The notes beneath the pieces were generated by a model. It ran no database searches and had not been told where the DNA came from. It saw nothing but the letters and a program-made list of their open reading frames with translations. A stretch of 62,620 nucleotides of DNA from Candidatus Aminicenantes bacterium (GTDB taxonomy: Bacteria > Acidobacteriota > Aminicenantia > Aminicenantales > Aminicenantaceae). A program made the translations under genes and the position numbers. Every line of letters begins with the position of its first letter. Within the stretch, counting starts at the first letter, position 1. Location of the stretch: positions 1 through 62,620 of the forward strand of contig JACUUK010000001.1 of the NCBI GenBank assembly GCA_014859315.1, written 5' to 3'. Shown here piece after piece: positions 19,795 through 29,791 of this stretch.

Positions 19795-21126
19795 ATGTGG
19801 CGAAACATAACAAAATTTTTCACTCTTCTTCTTCTTTTTCTAATTATTGGCTTGTCTCAGGAAGTGAATGGGCAGAAAACACTCCCTTTTCCGGTTTCTC
19901 TATTTAAATTAAAAAACGGATTAACAGTAATTATTTCCGAAGACTTTTCAACCCCTCTTGTTTCTATGGCTGTGATTTACAATGTTGGTTCAATCAATGA
20001 AAGACCTGGCAAAACTGGCTTGTCCTATTTATTGGAAAATTTAATGTTCTATGGGTCAAGAAATGTAGGACGAATGCAACATATCCGGTTCATTCAAAGA
20101 ATCGGTGGCGTTTTAAATGCTGTCACAACAGAAGACAAAACTATTTTTTATCAGACTGTCCCTTCAAATCAACTTCCTCTTGTATTATGGCTTGAATCTG
20201 ACAGGATGAATTTTCTTTCCATCACTGCTTCCAACGTACAACAGGCCAAAGAGACCGTAATCGATGAAATTTACCACAGGATAATGACTGAACTTTATTT
20301 AGAAAGTTCAATGCTTCTTGACCAGTTAGTCTTTCCTGAATTTGCCTATGGCCACCCTGTTTTTGGATATGAAATAGATTTAAGGGGAATCACTGTTGAA
20401 GATGTAAAAAACTTTTATCAAACTTATTATATCCCCAACAATGCTGTGCTGAGCATTTGCGGAAATATCAACAAACAGAAAACACGGGAACTCGTTCAAA
20501 AATACTTCGAAACAATTCCTAAAGGGGAAGACCCGCCACGCTTAGCACCTGCATCATTGCCTAAACAGAAAAGAATCGAAAAAACATTCGAGGGTTCATT
20601 GGCTTCTTCTCCGGGATTACATATCGGGTATAGAATTGCCCCTCCTTACTCAAACGATTTTTATGTCCTTTCTGTCATTGAATATATATTACTGCGTGGC
20701 AACAGTTCCAGGTTGCAGAAGAGGCTCATTCATAAAGAGCGTATCGCTAATCATTTAAGCGGAGGAATAGACAAAAGAAAAGACTTAGCTGCATTTAAAA
20801 TTTTTGTCACTAGCAATAACGATGTCACTTTGGAAAGGAGCAAAAAAGCAATTTTTTCAGAACTAAACAAGCTCAAGACAACCATCATTTCCAATGAGGA
20901 ATTAAGGAAATCAAAAAATTTTCTGAAAAGAGATTTTATCAATCAATACGCCACATCATCAGGCAGGGCTATTTTTCTTGCCGAAACTTATCTTTCCAAG
21001 GGCACCCTAAAAGACTTGCCAAACGAACTGGATAAATATCTTAATGTCAGTCCTTCTGATATCATCGGCATCATGAATAGATATTTTACTCAGGATTATA
21101 TTCTTATTAATATAAAAATAAAATGA
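19795..21126 (+). CDS. M16 family peptidase-like protein, secreted, zinc motif degenerate
   Basis: Signal peptide and M16 fold signature GSINERPGKTGLSYLLENLMFYGS. YLLEN occupies the place of HxxEH. Confidence 0.75.
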   Translation: MWRNITKFFTLLLLFLIIGLSQEVNGQKTLPFPVSLFKLKNGLTVIISEDFSTPLVSMAVIYNVGSINERPGKTGLSYLLENLMFYGSRNVGRMQHIRFIQRIGGVLNAVTTEDKTIFYQTVPSNQLPLVLWLESDRMNFLSITASNVQQAKETVIDEIYHRIMTELYLESSMLLDQLVFPEFAYGHPVFGYEIDLRGITVEDVKNFYQTYYIPNNAVLSICGNINKQKTRELVQKYFETIPKGEDPPRLAPASLPKQKRIEKTFEGSLASSPGLHIGYRIAPPYSNDFYVLSVIEYILLRGNSSRLQKRLIHKERIANHLSGGIDKRKDLAAFKIFVTSNNDVTLERSKKAIFSELNKLKTTIISNEELRKSKNFLKRDFINQYATSSGRAIFLAETYLSKGTLKDLPNELDKYLNVSPSDIIGIMNRYFTQDYILINIKIK

Positions 21127-22595
21127 ACTTAAAATCACATTTCAGTCGAACTGGAAGAACCTTCCTCTTTATGTTTATATTATTTTTAATAATTGGGGAA
21201 TATTCTGTTTTCTCGCAGGAAAGATTCAGGAAATCTCCTCCCTACCCAGATCCACTTCCGACATTTAAACTTCCCAGCATAGAAACTGCATTTCTATCGA
21301 ACGGTCTGGCTATATCTGTTGTCCCCCGCGAGAACTTTCCTATTATTCATTTACACCTTCTTGTGTTTGCTGGAGAAAGTTTTTCCCCGGACGATTTACC
21401 AGGATTAGCTACTTTGACAGCTAAAACGATAAATAAAGGATCCCTAAACTATTCCTCGTCTAAAATAGAGGAAGACATCGAATCCATTGGAGGGCAATTT
21501 TCATCCAAAAGTTACCCAGATTATTCTCTTTTCTCTTTCTCTTTTTTGGAGGAGCACCTTGATAAGGCTATCGAAATAGTGAGTCGAATGATTCTCCAGC
21601 CCGCCTTCTTAAAAAAAGAAGTTGATAACACGAAACGAACCATGTACTACGAAAGTATTCGAAATAGCTCAAATGCGGAATTTATTGCTAATAAACTCCT
21701 CTTTCAAATCTTATTCAAAGACCATGCATATAAAAAAATCGCCTATAATAGTGACGTCATAAAAAACCTCAACATAAAGGATCTCCTGAATTTTTTCGAT
21801 AAGTTTTACAGGCCTAATAACGCCCATCTCGTTTTTACTGGGAATATAAACCTAACTACAGCTACACGAATAACAAGCCGCTACCTAAATACTTGGAAAA
21901 GTAGTCCTTTAGAAAACTATTATTTCTTCCAACCCAAATCAAATGACAAATTAAGAGTCTGCTTTATTGATCATCCCAAAGCAAGGGATGCTACGGTTTA
22001 CTTAGGAAATATTGTTTTTCCAGAATCAACCCAAGATATTATTGGTTTAAAAGTCTTCAACCAAGTATTAGGAGGGACACCCAATAGCCGTCTTTTCATG
22101 AATCTAAGAGAGTCAAAAGGCTACGCTTACTATGCCTTTAGTAATCTTGAGGTTTTTAAAACATGTTGCTTGTTTACAATCCGGGCTAAAGTTCGGCCTG
22201 TGACTATAAACGAATCTATTAAAGAAATCCTGAATGAGATCAAAAAAATAACCAGTACGATTATTCCAAATTATGAATTAGAACAGGCGAAGTCTTATTT
22301 AATCGGCCATTTCCCTTTGGAAATGGAAACACATAACAACCTTTCTTTAAAGGTCTCAGAGATTCAGGCATTCAATTTTGGTGAAGAACATTGGAATAAA
22401 TATTATGAAAACATTATGATTATTACCCCACAAACAGTCTTTGAAATCATAAAATATTCTTCACTTCTTTTCCCTGTAATCATAGTTGTGGGAGATAAAA
22501 ATATCATCGCTCAAAATCTCAAAGATTTTGACGTAGAAGTCTATGATACTAACGGAATATTACAATACTCAATTTCGAAAGGAGAAAAAAAATGA
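21123..22595 (+). CDS. M16 family peptidase-like protein (non-catalytic type)
   Basis: Signal/TM segment and M16 N-domain GLATLTAKTINKGS with no HxxEH. ATGA overlap with the upstream M16 gene. Confidence 0.75.
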   Translation: MNLKSHFSRTGRTFLFMFILFLIIGEYSVFSQERFRKSPPYPDPLPTFKLPSIETAFLSNGLAISVVPRENFPIIHLHLLVFAGESFSPDDLPGLATLTAKTINKGSLNYSSSKIEEDIESIGGQFSSKSYPDYSLFSFSFLEEHLDKAIEIVSRMILQPAFLKKEVDNTKRTMYYESIRNSSNAEFIANKLLFQILFKDHAYKKIAYNSDVIKNLNIKDLLNFFDKFYRPNNAHLVFTGNINLTTATRITSRYLNTWKSSPLENYYFFQPKSNDKLRVCFIDHPKARDATVYLGNIVFPESTQDIIGLKVFNQVLGGTPNSRLFMNLRESKGYAYYAFSNLEVFKTCCLFTIRAKVRPVTINESIKEILNEIKKITSTIIPNYELEQAKSYLIGHFPLEMETHNNLSLKVSEIQAFNFGEEHWNKYYENIMIITPQTVFEIIKYSSLLFPVIIVVGDKNIIAQNLKDFDVEVYDTNGILQYSISKGEKK

Positions 22596-24265
22596 AACTC
22601 GTGGAATGTGTTCCTAATTTTAGTGAGGGCCGTGACTTAGAAAGGATAAAATCTATCACAAGGGAAATCGAATCCACCTCCGAGGTTAAACTATTAGATG
22701 TCGACCCTGGGGAAACAACTAATAGGACTGTAGTTACTTTTATTGGAACACCCGAAGGAGTTAAAGAAGCTGCGTTCAAGGCCATTCGAAAAGCAGCAGA
22801 AGTCATAGACATGAAACAGCATAAGGGTGCTCACAGCCGTATTGGGGCTACTGATGTATGCCCTTTTGTCCCAATTGCTGGCGTCACAATGAAAGATTGT
22901 GTACGGCTTGCACATGAATTGGGAAAAAAAGTCGCTGAAGAGCTTAAAATCCCCGTTTACTTGTATGAAGAAGCTGCCCAAAGACCCGAAAGGAAGAATC
23001 TCTCCAATATTCGTGTAGGAGAATACGAAGGCCTTCCAGAAAAATTGAAAGACCCAAATTGGGCACCTGATTATGGAGATCCAGTGTTTAATCCACAAGC
23101 AGGAGCAACTGTAATCGGTGCAAGGGAATTCCTCATCGCCTACAACATAAATCTAAACACTAAAGACCAGAAGTTGGCACACCAGATTGCCTTGAAGCTC
23201 AGGGAAAGAGGGTATGCCAAAAGAGATAAGCAGGGAAAAATCATAAGAGATGAAAATGGAAAAGTAATCAATATCCCTGGTAAATTCAAAGCAGTCAAGG
23301 CGGTAGGATGGTATATTGAAGATTATGGAATCGCTCAAATTTCAATAAACTTCAATAATTACAAAATTTCTCCACCCCATCTTGTATTTGACGAGGCCAT
23401 CAAAGAAGCTGAAAAAATTGGCCTGCGAGTAACAGGAAGCGAGATAGTCGGCTTGATTCCCAAGGAAGCGATTTTGATGGCAGGAAGATATTATTTGGAA
23501 AAACAAGGAAAAAGCCCAGGAGTTCCGGAAGAAGAACTAATAAAAATTGCTGTGCGTTCTTTAGGATTAGAAGATGTTTCTCCTTTTGACCCTAAAAAAA
23601 AGATTATAGAATATCAATTCGAAGAAACCGAGTATTCACTCGTTAAATTAAATCTCAGAGAGTTTGCAAATGAACTCTCGATTGATTCTCCTGCCCCTGG
23701 AGGAGGAAGCACGGCTGCTTTATGCGGTGCCCTTTCTGCATCTCTTTCATCCATGGTATCAAACCTTACTGTTGGCAAAAAAGGATATGAAAAGGTTCAG
23801 AATACTGTTAAAAAACTCGCCGTAGAGGCCCAGTATCTGAAAGATGAGTTTCTAAAATACGTTGACCTTGACACTTCAGCTTTCAACAGAGTCATGGAGG
23901 CTTTTCGCCTTCCTAAAAAAACAGATGAACAAAAAAAAGAGCGTGAGGAAGCCATAGAATTTGCCACAAAGGAAGCCACTCTGGTTCCGTATGATGTCAT
24001 GGAAAAAAGTCTTGAGGCATTGAAACTAGCTAAAAAGGTTGCATTAAATGGAAACAAAAATTCCATAAGCGATGCGGGAGTTGCAGGGTTGACTGCAATG
24101 GCAGCTCTTAATGGAGCTTATTACAACGTGACAATAAATCTTCCAAACATTAAGGACCATGCGTTTAAGTCAGAAGTAAAAAGGAAAGCCATACGACTGA
24201 AAACGAGTGGTATCAAACTGAATAATGAGATAACAGAGATTGTGGAGAAAGAAATTAAATTTTAA
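22592..24265 (+). CDS. bifunctional glutamate formimidoyltransferase / formimidoyl-THF cyclodeaminase
   Basis: The N-terminus MKLVECVPNFSEGRD is the classic formiminotransferase start. The C-terminal ~200 aa (PAPGGGSTAALCGALSASL) match the cyclodeaminase domain. Confidence 0.85.
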   Translation: MKLVECVPNFSEGRDLERIKSITREIESTSEVKLLDVDPGETTNRTVVTFIGTPEGVKEAAFKAIRKAAEVIDMKQHKGAHSRIGATDVCPFVPIAGVTMKDCVRLAHELGKKVAEELKIPVYLYEEAAQRPERKNLSNIRVGEYEGLPEKLKDPNWAPDYGDPVFNPQAGATVIGAREFLIAYNINLNTKDQKLAHQIALKLRERGYAKRDKQGKIIRDENGKVINIPGKFKAVKAVGWYIEDYGIAQISINFNNYKISPPHLVFDEAIKEAEKIGLRVTGSEIVGLIPKEAILMAGRYYLEKQGKSPGVPEEELIKIAVRSLGLEDVSPFDPKKKIIEYQFEETEYSLVKLNLREFANELSIDSPAPGGGSTAALCGALSASLSSMVSNLTVGKKGYEKVQNTVKKLAVEAQYLKDEFLKYVDLDTSAFNRVMEAFRLPKKTDEQKKEREEAIEFATKEATLVPYDVMEKSLEALKLAKKVALNGNKNSISDAGVAGLTAMAALNGAYYNVTINLPNIKDHAFKSEVKRKAIRLKTSGIKLNNEITEIVEKEIKF

Positions 24266-24302
24266 AGATTTACTTCCATATTGTTATAGAAAAAACCTAT
24301 TT

Positions 24303-25106
24303 TTATTTTCTCAACTGTTTTACAGCAAAAATCAACAGGAACAGTGTAAAAGAAATCACAACAATTGACCCTGAGGCAGGAAAATCAAAATATACAGAAG
24401 CAAAAAGTCCTAAAACCACAGAACTAACAGCAATAATCGCAGATACAATTGTTGCATATTTAAAATTGGAAGCAATCTGAAGGCCAGATGCTGATGGAAT
24501 AACAATTAAAGCTGATACTAAAAGAATGCCAACAACCTTCATTCCTAAAACCACTGTTATAGCTGTTAGTATAGTTAAAATAATATCGAGCCGCTCGACT
24601 TTTACTCCAGAAGCCTTTGCTGTTTCACGATCGAATGTCATGAATAAAAACTTATGATAATTAACAATAATGATTATAACAACGACTACAGCAAGAGCAA
24701 TTGAAAGCCAAACTTCTGAAACTGATATTGCTAATATGTCACCAAAAAGATACCCAAATAGATCTACATTAAAGCCCCTGGCAAGACTAATTATTAATAT
24801 TCCAAGTGCGAATCCAACGCTGCTGAAAATCGCAATCGCAGTATCACCATAAATCCCTGCTTTTTCTTTGAGCTTGACTATCATTAAAGCCGTAAGCACA
24901 GCTACAGCTAACGCTGTAAGTAAAGGCAAAACATGCAATAAAAGGCCTATGGCAACGCCTGCAAACGTGACATGCGCAAGACCATGCCCAATCATGGCAT
25001 CGCGCCTTAGAATCAGGAAAACTCCTAACAAAGCACAGGCTATTGCCACAAATATTCCAGCCACAACAGCTCGCTGAAGAAATCCGTAGCTAAAGAATGC
25101 TTCCAT
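24303..25106 (-). CDS. metal (Zn/Mn) ABC transporter permease
   Basis: 267-aa polytopic protein of the ABC-3 (ZnuB/TroD) type, adjacent to the matching ATPase and SBP. Confidence 0.8.
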   Translation of the reverse strand: MEAFFSYGFLQRAVVAGIFVAIACALLGVFLILRRDAMIGHGLAHVTFAGVAIGLLLHVLPLLTALAVAVLTALMIVKLKEKAGIYGDTAIAIFSSVGFALGILIISLARGFNVDLFGYLFGDILAISVSEVWLSIALAVVVVIIIIVNYHKFLFMTFDRETAKASGVKVERLDIILTILTAITVVLGMKVVGILLVSALIVIPSASGLQIASNFKYATIVSAIIAVSSVVLGLFASVYFDFPASGSIVVISFTLFLLIFAVKQLRK

Positions 25107-25128
25107 TAAATTAATGCTTTAATTGTCC

Positions 25129-25896
25129 TCAGTGTTTATGAGTAATCACATGGTGGCCGTCAGCCAGCATCTCTTTAAACACACCAGAATTGCAAAATTC
25201 CTTATGAGTTCCATGATAAACAAGCCTCTGGTTAAGGCAAGCCACCTGAGAAACATGTTTGTTTAAAATACCTATATCATGGGTAATCAAAACAATTGTG
25301 ATTCCCTCTTTTTTGTTCAAATCGTTAAGCATATCATAAAAACGTTCCTGCATTTCAGCATCCACGCCTGTTGTCGGCTCATCAAGGAAAAGGATGTGTG
25401 GATGATTGACGATAGCTCTTGCAATAAAAATGCGTTGCTGCTGCCCTCCTGACAGATTTCCTATTCGTTGATTTATGTATCCTTGCATCCCGACATATTT
25501 TAGTGCTCTCATTATTAACTGTTCCTCATCCCTCTTTTTAATCTTTGGAAATACTTTGCTTGAAACAAGCCCCATTTCAACAACTTCCTTGACAGATACA
25601 GGAAAAAGAGTATCAATATGAGTGGCTTTTTGGGGGACATAGCCTATTTCATGCCAATCCCTAAACTCCCCAACAGTTTTTCCCATTATACATATTTTTC
25701 CATGAGAAGGTTTCAATAATCCCAGAATAATCCTTATCAAAGTCGTTTTTCCGGAACCATTAGGCCCGATGATTGCTAAAAAATCACCAGAGGAGATACT
25801 AAATGTAACATCAACTAAAACCTTAGTGTTTCCGAAGCTAAAAGAAATGTTTTCGATGTCAATCAATTGTCCATGCTTACTTACAGATAAGGCCAA
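25129..25896 (-). CDS. metal ABC transporter ATP-binding protein
   Basis: Walker A GPNGSGKTT, signature LSGGQQQR and Walker B ILFLDEP. Confidence 0.85.
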   Translation of the reverse strand: MALSVSKHGQLIDIENISFSFGNTKVLVDVTFSISSGDFLAIIGPNGSGKTTLIRIILGLLKPSHGKICIMGKTVGEFRDWHEIGYVPQKATHIDTLFPVSVKEVVEMGLVSSKVFPKIKKRDEEQLIMRALKYVGMQGYINQRIGNLSGGQQQRIFIARAIVNHPHILFLDEPTTGVDAEMQERFYDMLNDLNKKEGITIVLITHDIGILNKHVSQVACLNQRLVYHGTHKEFCNSGVFKEMLADGHHVITHKH

Positions 25897-26818
25897 TTCT
25901 CAAATTCTCCAGATTCTTTTCCATTATATCAAAAAAACTAATTCCTTTATCTATTTCTCTTTGGTTCAAATTTGCTCCTGGATTTAAAACCAATGTTCTT
26001 GCATTGATTTCTTTAGAAATAACTTGAGCAAAGTTATCGCTAACATACTCTTCGAAATAGATGACATTTATTTCATATTTTTTTGCCAATTCAACAACTT
26101 CAATAAGCTGCTTTGGGGTTGGCTTTGCATTCGGATTTAAACCATAAAGTGAAACTTGATGTAATCCGTATCTTTTAGCTAAATACCCAAAAGCAGAATG
26201 TCCTCCAAGTATAAATGTTCTATGGATACAGTCTTTAAGCTTTTCTCTATATAGATTATCTAACCTCTGGAGTTTTTTGTTATATGAAATTGCATTCTTG
26301 GCATAAAAAGAAGCACCTTGCGGATCGATTTCAGCCAGAACAGTTGCTATTTTATCGACAATCATCTGGTCATAAACAAAATCCAGCCAGATATGTGGGT
26401 CAATATTCCTGTTTTTCTTATGGCTATGGGTAGATTCCTCTTCTTCTTCTTCTTCTTCTTTTAATAAGGATAAACCATGGCTGGCCTCCATAACTTTGAG
26501 ATTAGGATTCTTTATGCTGTGTAGAATATCATATATCCATGGCTCAAGATTTGCTCCGATGTAGATAATAAGATCACAAGAGGAAAGCCTGACAATGTCA
26601 CTCGGCTTTGGTTTCCAGGTATGCACCTCTACACCAGGAGGAATAAGCAGGTGAACTTCAGCTCTTTTGCCACAAACCCCTTCTGCAAACTCTTTTAAAG
26701 GAAAAACTGTAGTAATAACAACAACTTTATCTGAAGCCAGCAAATCCACAGGATATAAGCTAAATAAGAATAAGCCAATAATTCCCGCCAGAATCACCTT
26801 TTTAGTGTTTTTTAACAT
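25877..26818 (-). CDS. metal ABC transporter substrate-binding protein (ZnuA-like) with acidic/His loop
   Basis: Signal peptide, cluster A-I SBP fold with DPHIWLD, and an EEEEEEEESTHSHKK loop typical of Zn-specific ZnuA proteins. Confidence 0.8.
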   Translation of the reverse strand: MLKNTKKVILAGIIGLFLFSLYPVDLLASDKVVVITTVFPLKEFAEGVCGKRAEVHLLIPPGVEVHTWKPKPSDIVRLSSCDLIIYIGANLEPWIYDILHSIKNPNLKVMEASHGLSLLKEEEEEEEESTHSHKKNRNIDPHIWLDFVYDQMIVDKIATVLAEIDPQGASFYAKNAISYNKKLQRLDNLYREKLKDCIHRTFILGGHSAFGYLAKRYGLHQVSLYGLNPNAKPTPKQLIEVVELAKKYEINVIYFEEYVSDNFAQVISKEINARTLVLNPGANLNQREIDKGISFFDIMEKNLENLRIGLICK

Positions 26819-26842
26819 TTACTTTTCTTTATCTTACAAGAC

Positions 26843-28024
26843 CTAGGAGAGATTTTCTATTTTTCCTTTTAATTTTAAGGCTCTTGCCCCCTCTCCTGCC
26901 CTCACATTATATACTTTTGGCATTGGTAGTTTTTTGTTTATAGCTTCTTGAATAATTTCTTCTGAAAAACGTTTCATTACTTCTTTTCTTATAATTGCAA
27001 TTCCTGAACCTCCAAAACCGGCTCCAGTAAGCCTTGCCCCTAAGCACCCGGGGAAATTCATTCCAAATTCATATAGAAGGTCAAGCTCTGGGCAGGAAAC
27101 AGCATAATCATCCCTAAGACTTCGATGGGATTGAAACAGAAGGTCACCAAGTGTGTCGAAATCATCAATTTTTAAAGCTTGAAATGCTTTCAGAACTCTT
27201 TCATTCTCTGTAATCACATGCCTCGCTCTCTTATATAGATTCTCTTCCATATCCTTTCGATGTTCCTTAAGAATTTCTGGGTTAGCTTCCTTATAGCTTC
27301 TTATGCGATATTTTTGTAAATACCGAAGAGCCATTTCTGATTCCTTCCGCCTTTTATTATATTCGGAGAAAGCCAATTCCCTGCGCACACCAGTCTCATA
27401 AACAAGAATGCTCAATCCTTTTTTGGATAATCTAAGTGGCACATGATGAAATTGAAGAGTTTCACAATCCAGGAACAATGCGCTATTATTTCGAGCGCAG
27501 AAAGATACAAATTGATCCATGAGACCGCATTGTACTCCCACAAAATTACTTTCTGCTCTCTGGGCCAGTTTTGCCATCTCGACTTTAGAAAGGCCTAAAT
27601 CAAACAAGGTATTCATTCCATTTAATACACTTGCTTCTAAAGCTGCAGAAGAGCTTAATCCAGATTCAATGGGAATATTTCCGTATATTAGACAATTCAA
27701 GCCAGGAACATGCATGCCTTCTTGCCCGAGGCACCAATAAATACCTTTTATATAATCCACCCAGCTCCTTTTTTTTGGCGGTGAAATATTCTGAGTCATA
27801 AAAGAACCTATTTCCTGAAAATTTTCAGCCCAAAGCAACACCTGGCCATCATCCCTGCGTGAAAGAAAGCAATTATTCTTTAAATGAATTGCTGCTGGAA
27901 GTACATACCCTTTATTGTAATCTGTGTGCTCACCAATAATATTTATTCTGCCAGGTGCAGCAGAGTAAACTTCAGGAAAATGATTATATTTTTGTTTGAA
28001 TGTCTCTAATAATACATGCTTCAT
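26843..28024 (-). CDS. galK: galactokinase
   Basis: GRINIIGEHTDYNKGYVLPAAI (galactokinase signature) and the GHMP motif PIESGLSSSAALE. Confidence 0.9.
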   Translation of the reverse strand: MKHVLLETFKQKYNHFPEVYSAAPGRINIIGEHTDYNKGYVLPAAIHLKNNCFLSRRDDGQVLLWAENFQEIGSFMTQNISPPKKRSWVDYIKGIYWCLGQEGMHVPGLNCLIYGNIPIESGLSSSAALEASVLNGMNTLFDLGLSKVEMAKLAQRAESNFVGVQCGLMDQFVSFCARNNSALFLDCETLQFHHVPLRLSKKGLSILVYETGVRRELAFSEYNKRRKESEMALRYLQKYRIRSYKEANPEILKEHRKDMEENLYKRARHVITENERVLKAFQALKIDDFDTLGDLLFQSHRSLRDDYAVSCPELDLLYEFGMNFPGCLGARLTGAGFGGSGIAIIRKEVMKRFSEEIIQEAINKKLPMPKVYNVRAGEGARALKLKGKIENLS

Positions 28025-28082
28025 TTGCAGTTGAAAGCATTTTAAAGAAATCCAAACTAACCTGTCAAATATTATACATGTT

Positions 28083-28185
28083 AAGTATCTCCAATTCCGT
28101 GATATTTGTAGTTCCGTTAATTTTACCTTAACTTTGCATAAAAGAGAAAAGCCAACCCCAGGGTCTTAATCCCTTCATCCTATAA
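28083..28185 (+). repeat. truncated copy (A) of the TTAAC...CTTAATCCCTTCATCC element family
   Basis: AAGTATCTCCAATTCCGTGATATTT...CCTTAAC...AGCCAACCCCAGGGTCTTAATCCCTTCATCCTAT. The 3' part is near-identical to the minus-strand 3' end of the 62361-62620 element, and the 5' part is homologous to 36889-36940. Confidence 0.7.
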
Positions 28186-28299
28186 CAGAAATGAAGAGGC
28201 ATACTTATCTATGGTTTTTCTTGCATCTATTATTGTTTTATGTCATTATTTTGCCTTAAAATATTTTAAAATTATCAAATCTGAAAGGGAGATAATAAT

Positions 28300-29751
28300 A
28301 TGTCAAACGTTTTTGAAGGGCTTAAGCCAACAAAACTCTGGAAGCATTTTGCAAAAACCTTAGAAATCCCCCATTGCTCTGGAAATGAAAAAGCCATTGG
28401 TGAATACATCATTTCAGTGGCAAAAGACATTGGTCTTGAATGGAAAAGAGATCGAGTAGGAAATGTTCTTGTTGCGAAAAATGCTTCTACAGGACATGAA
28501 AATGCTGATGGAGTAATTCTTCAGGGCCATATAGATATGGTATGTGAGAAAAACTCAGATATTGAACATGATTTTTCAAAAGACCCTATTCAAGCAGAAA
28601 TAAAAGGAGAATGGGTCCAAGCAAAGGGAACCACTTTGGGCTCTGATAATTGTATTGGAGTCGCTGCTGCAATGGCTATCATGGAAGATAATTCATTAGT
28701 TCATGGCCCACTTGAATTTCTCTTCACTGTGGATGAGGAAACAGGATTGACAGGGGCAACTCAAATAGAAGAGGGGTTTTTAAAGGGCAAAAAGCTTCTT
28801 AATCTTGACAGCGAAGAAGAAGGCACATTTACTATCGGATGCGCTGGAGGAGCTGATTCAGAAATCACACTTCCTATCCAAAGAGCCGAAAACATCAAAG
28901 GAGATATTTACCGCCTCAAACTCTATGGCCTACGTGGAGGTCATTCCGGACTCGACATCAATCAGGGACGCGGAAATGCCATTAAACTGCTTGCTCGCAT
29001 GCTCTTGGAAGCCATTAAGAATTTTCATTTCGAGATTATAAGCTTCGATGGAGGAAATAAACGGAACGCCATTCCAAGGGAAGCCTGGGCTGACCTTGTT
29101 ATCGATTCTTCAAAAAAAGAAGCAATCAAACAATATTTCGATAAATCTTTTGAGAAGATTCAATTCGAATATAAAGCTGTTGAGAAAGACATGGCTTTTT
29201 CTCTTTTGCCTGCCGAAGTTGATAATCGCTCTCTCTCAAACGAGGCTCAAAAGACTCTGATTAATTTCCTTTCGATTCTCCCTCATGGTGTGATTTCCAT
29301 GCATCCTGAAATAGAAGGACTTGTTGAAACATCCACAAATCTTGCCATCATTAAAACTCACAAGGATCATGTACAAATAATCTGCAGCTCACGCAGTTCT
29401 GTTGCCTCATCTCTTGATGCCATAAGAAATATTATTGTTGCTGCTTGCGAAACTGTTGGAGCTGAAATTATTCTGCAGGAAGGATACCCTGGCTGGACAC
29501 CTAATCTTCAATCTCCTCTTTTGAAAACACTAAAAGATGTTTATTTGAAAATTTTTCAAAAAGAGCCAGAAGTTGGCGCAGTCCATGCAGGCCTTGAATG
29601 CGGTATCATTGGAGAAAAATTTCCTGGAATGGATATGATATCCTTTGGCCCCACGATCGAGCATCCACATTCACCTGAGGAGAGAGTCCATATCGGTTCG
29701 GTAGAAAAATTCTGGAAATTCTTGACTGGATTACTTGAGGAATTAGCTTAA
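28300..29751 (+). CDS. pepD: aminoacyl-histidine dipeptidase (M20C, PepD)
   Basis: The N-terminus LKPTKLWKHFAKTLEIPHCSGNE parallels the PepD N-terminus. HIDMV and DEETGLTGA motifs. Length is 483 aa. Confidence 0.88.
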   Translation: MSNVFEGLKPTKLWKHFAKTLEIPHCSGNEKAIGEYIISVAKDIGLEWKRDRVGNVLVAKNASTGHENADGVILQGHIDMVCEKNSDIEHDFSKDPIQAEIKGEWVQAKGTTLGSDNCIGVAAAMAIMEDNSLVHGPLEFLFTVDEETGLTGATQIEEGFLKGKKLLNLDSEEEGTFTIGCAGGADSEITLPIQRAENIKGDIYRLKLYGLRGGHSGLDINQGRGNAIKLLARMLLEAIKNFHFEIISFDGGNKRNAIPREAWADLVIDSSKKEAIKQYFDKSFEKIQFEYKAVEKDMAFSLLPAEVDNRSLSNEAQKTLINFLSILPHGVISMHPEIEGLVETSTNLAIIKTHKDHVQIICSSRSSVASSLDAIRNIIVAACETVGAEIILQEGYPGWTPNLQSPLLKTLKDVYLKIFQKEPEVGAVHAGLECGIIGEKFPGMDMISFGPTIEHPHSPEERVHIGSVEKFWKFLTGLLEELA

Positions 29752-29791
29752 TTTTTACTTAAATTTAACTTACGCTTTCATTTGTGAAAAT

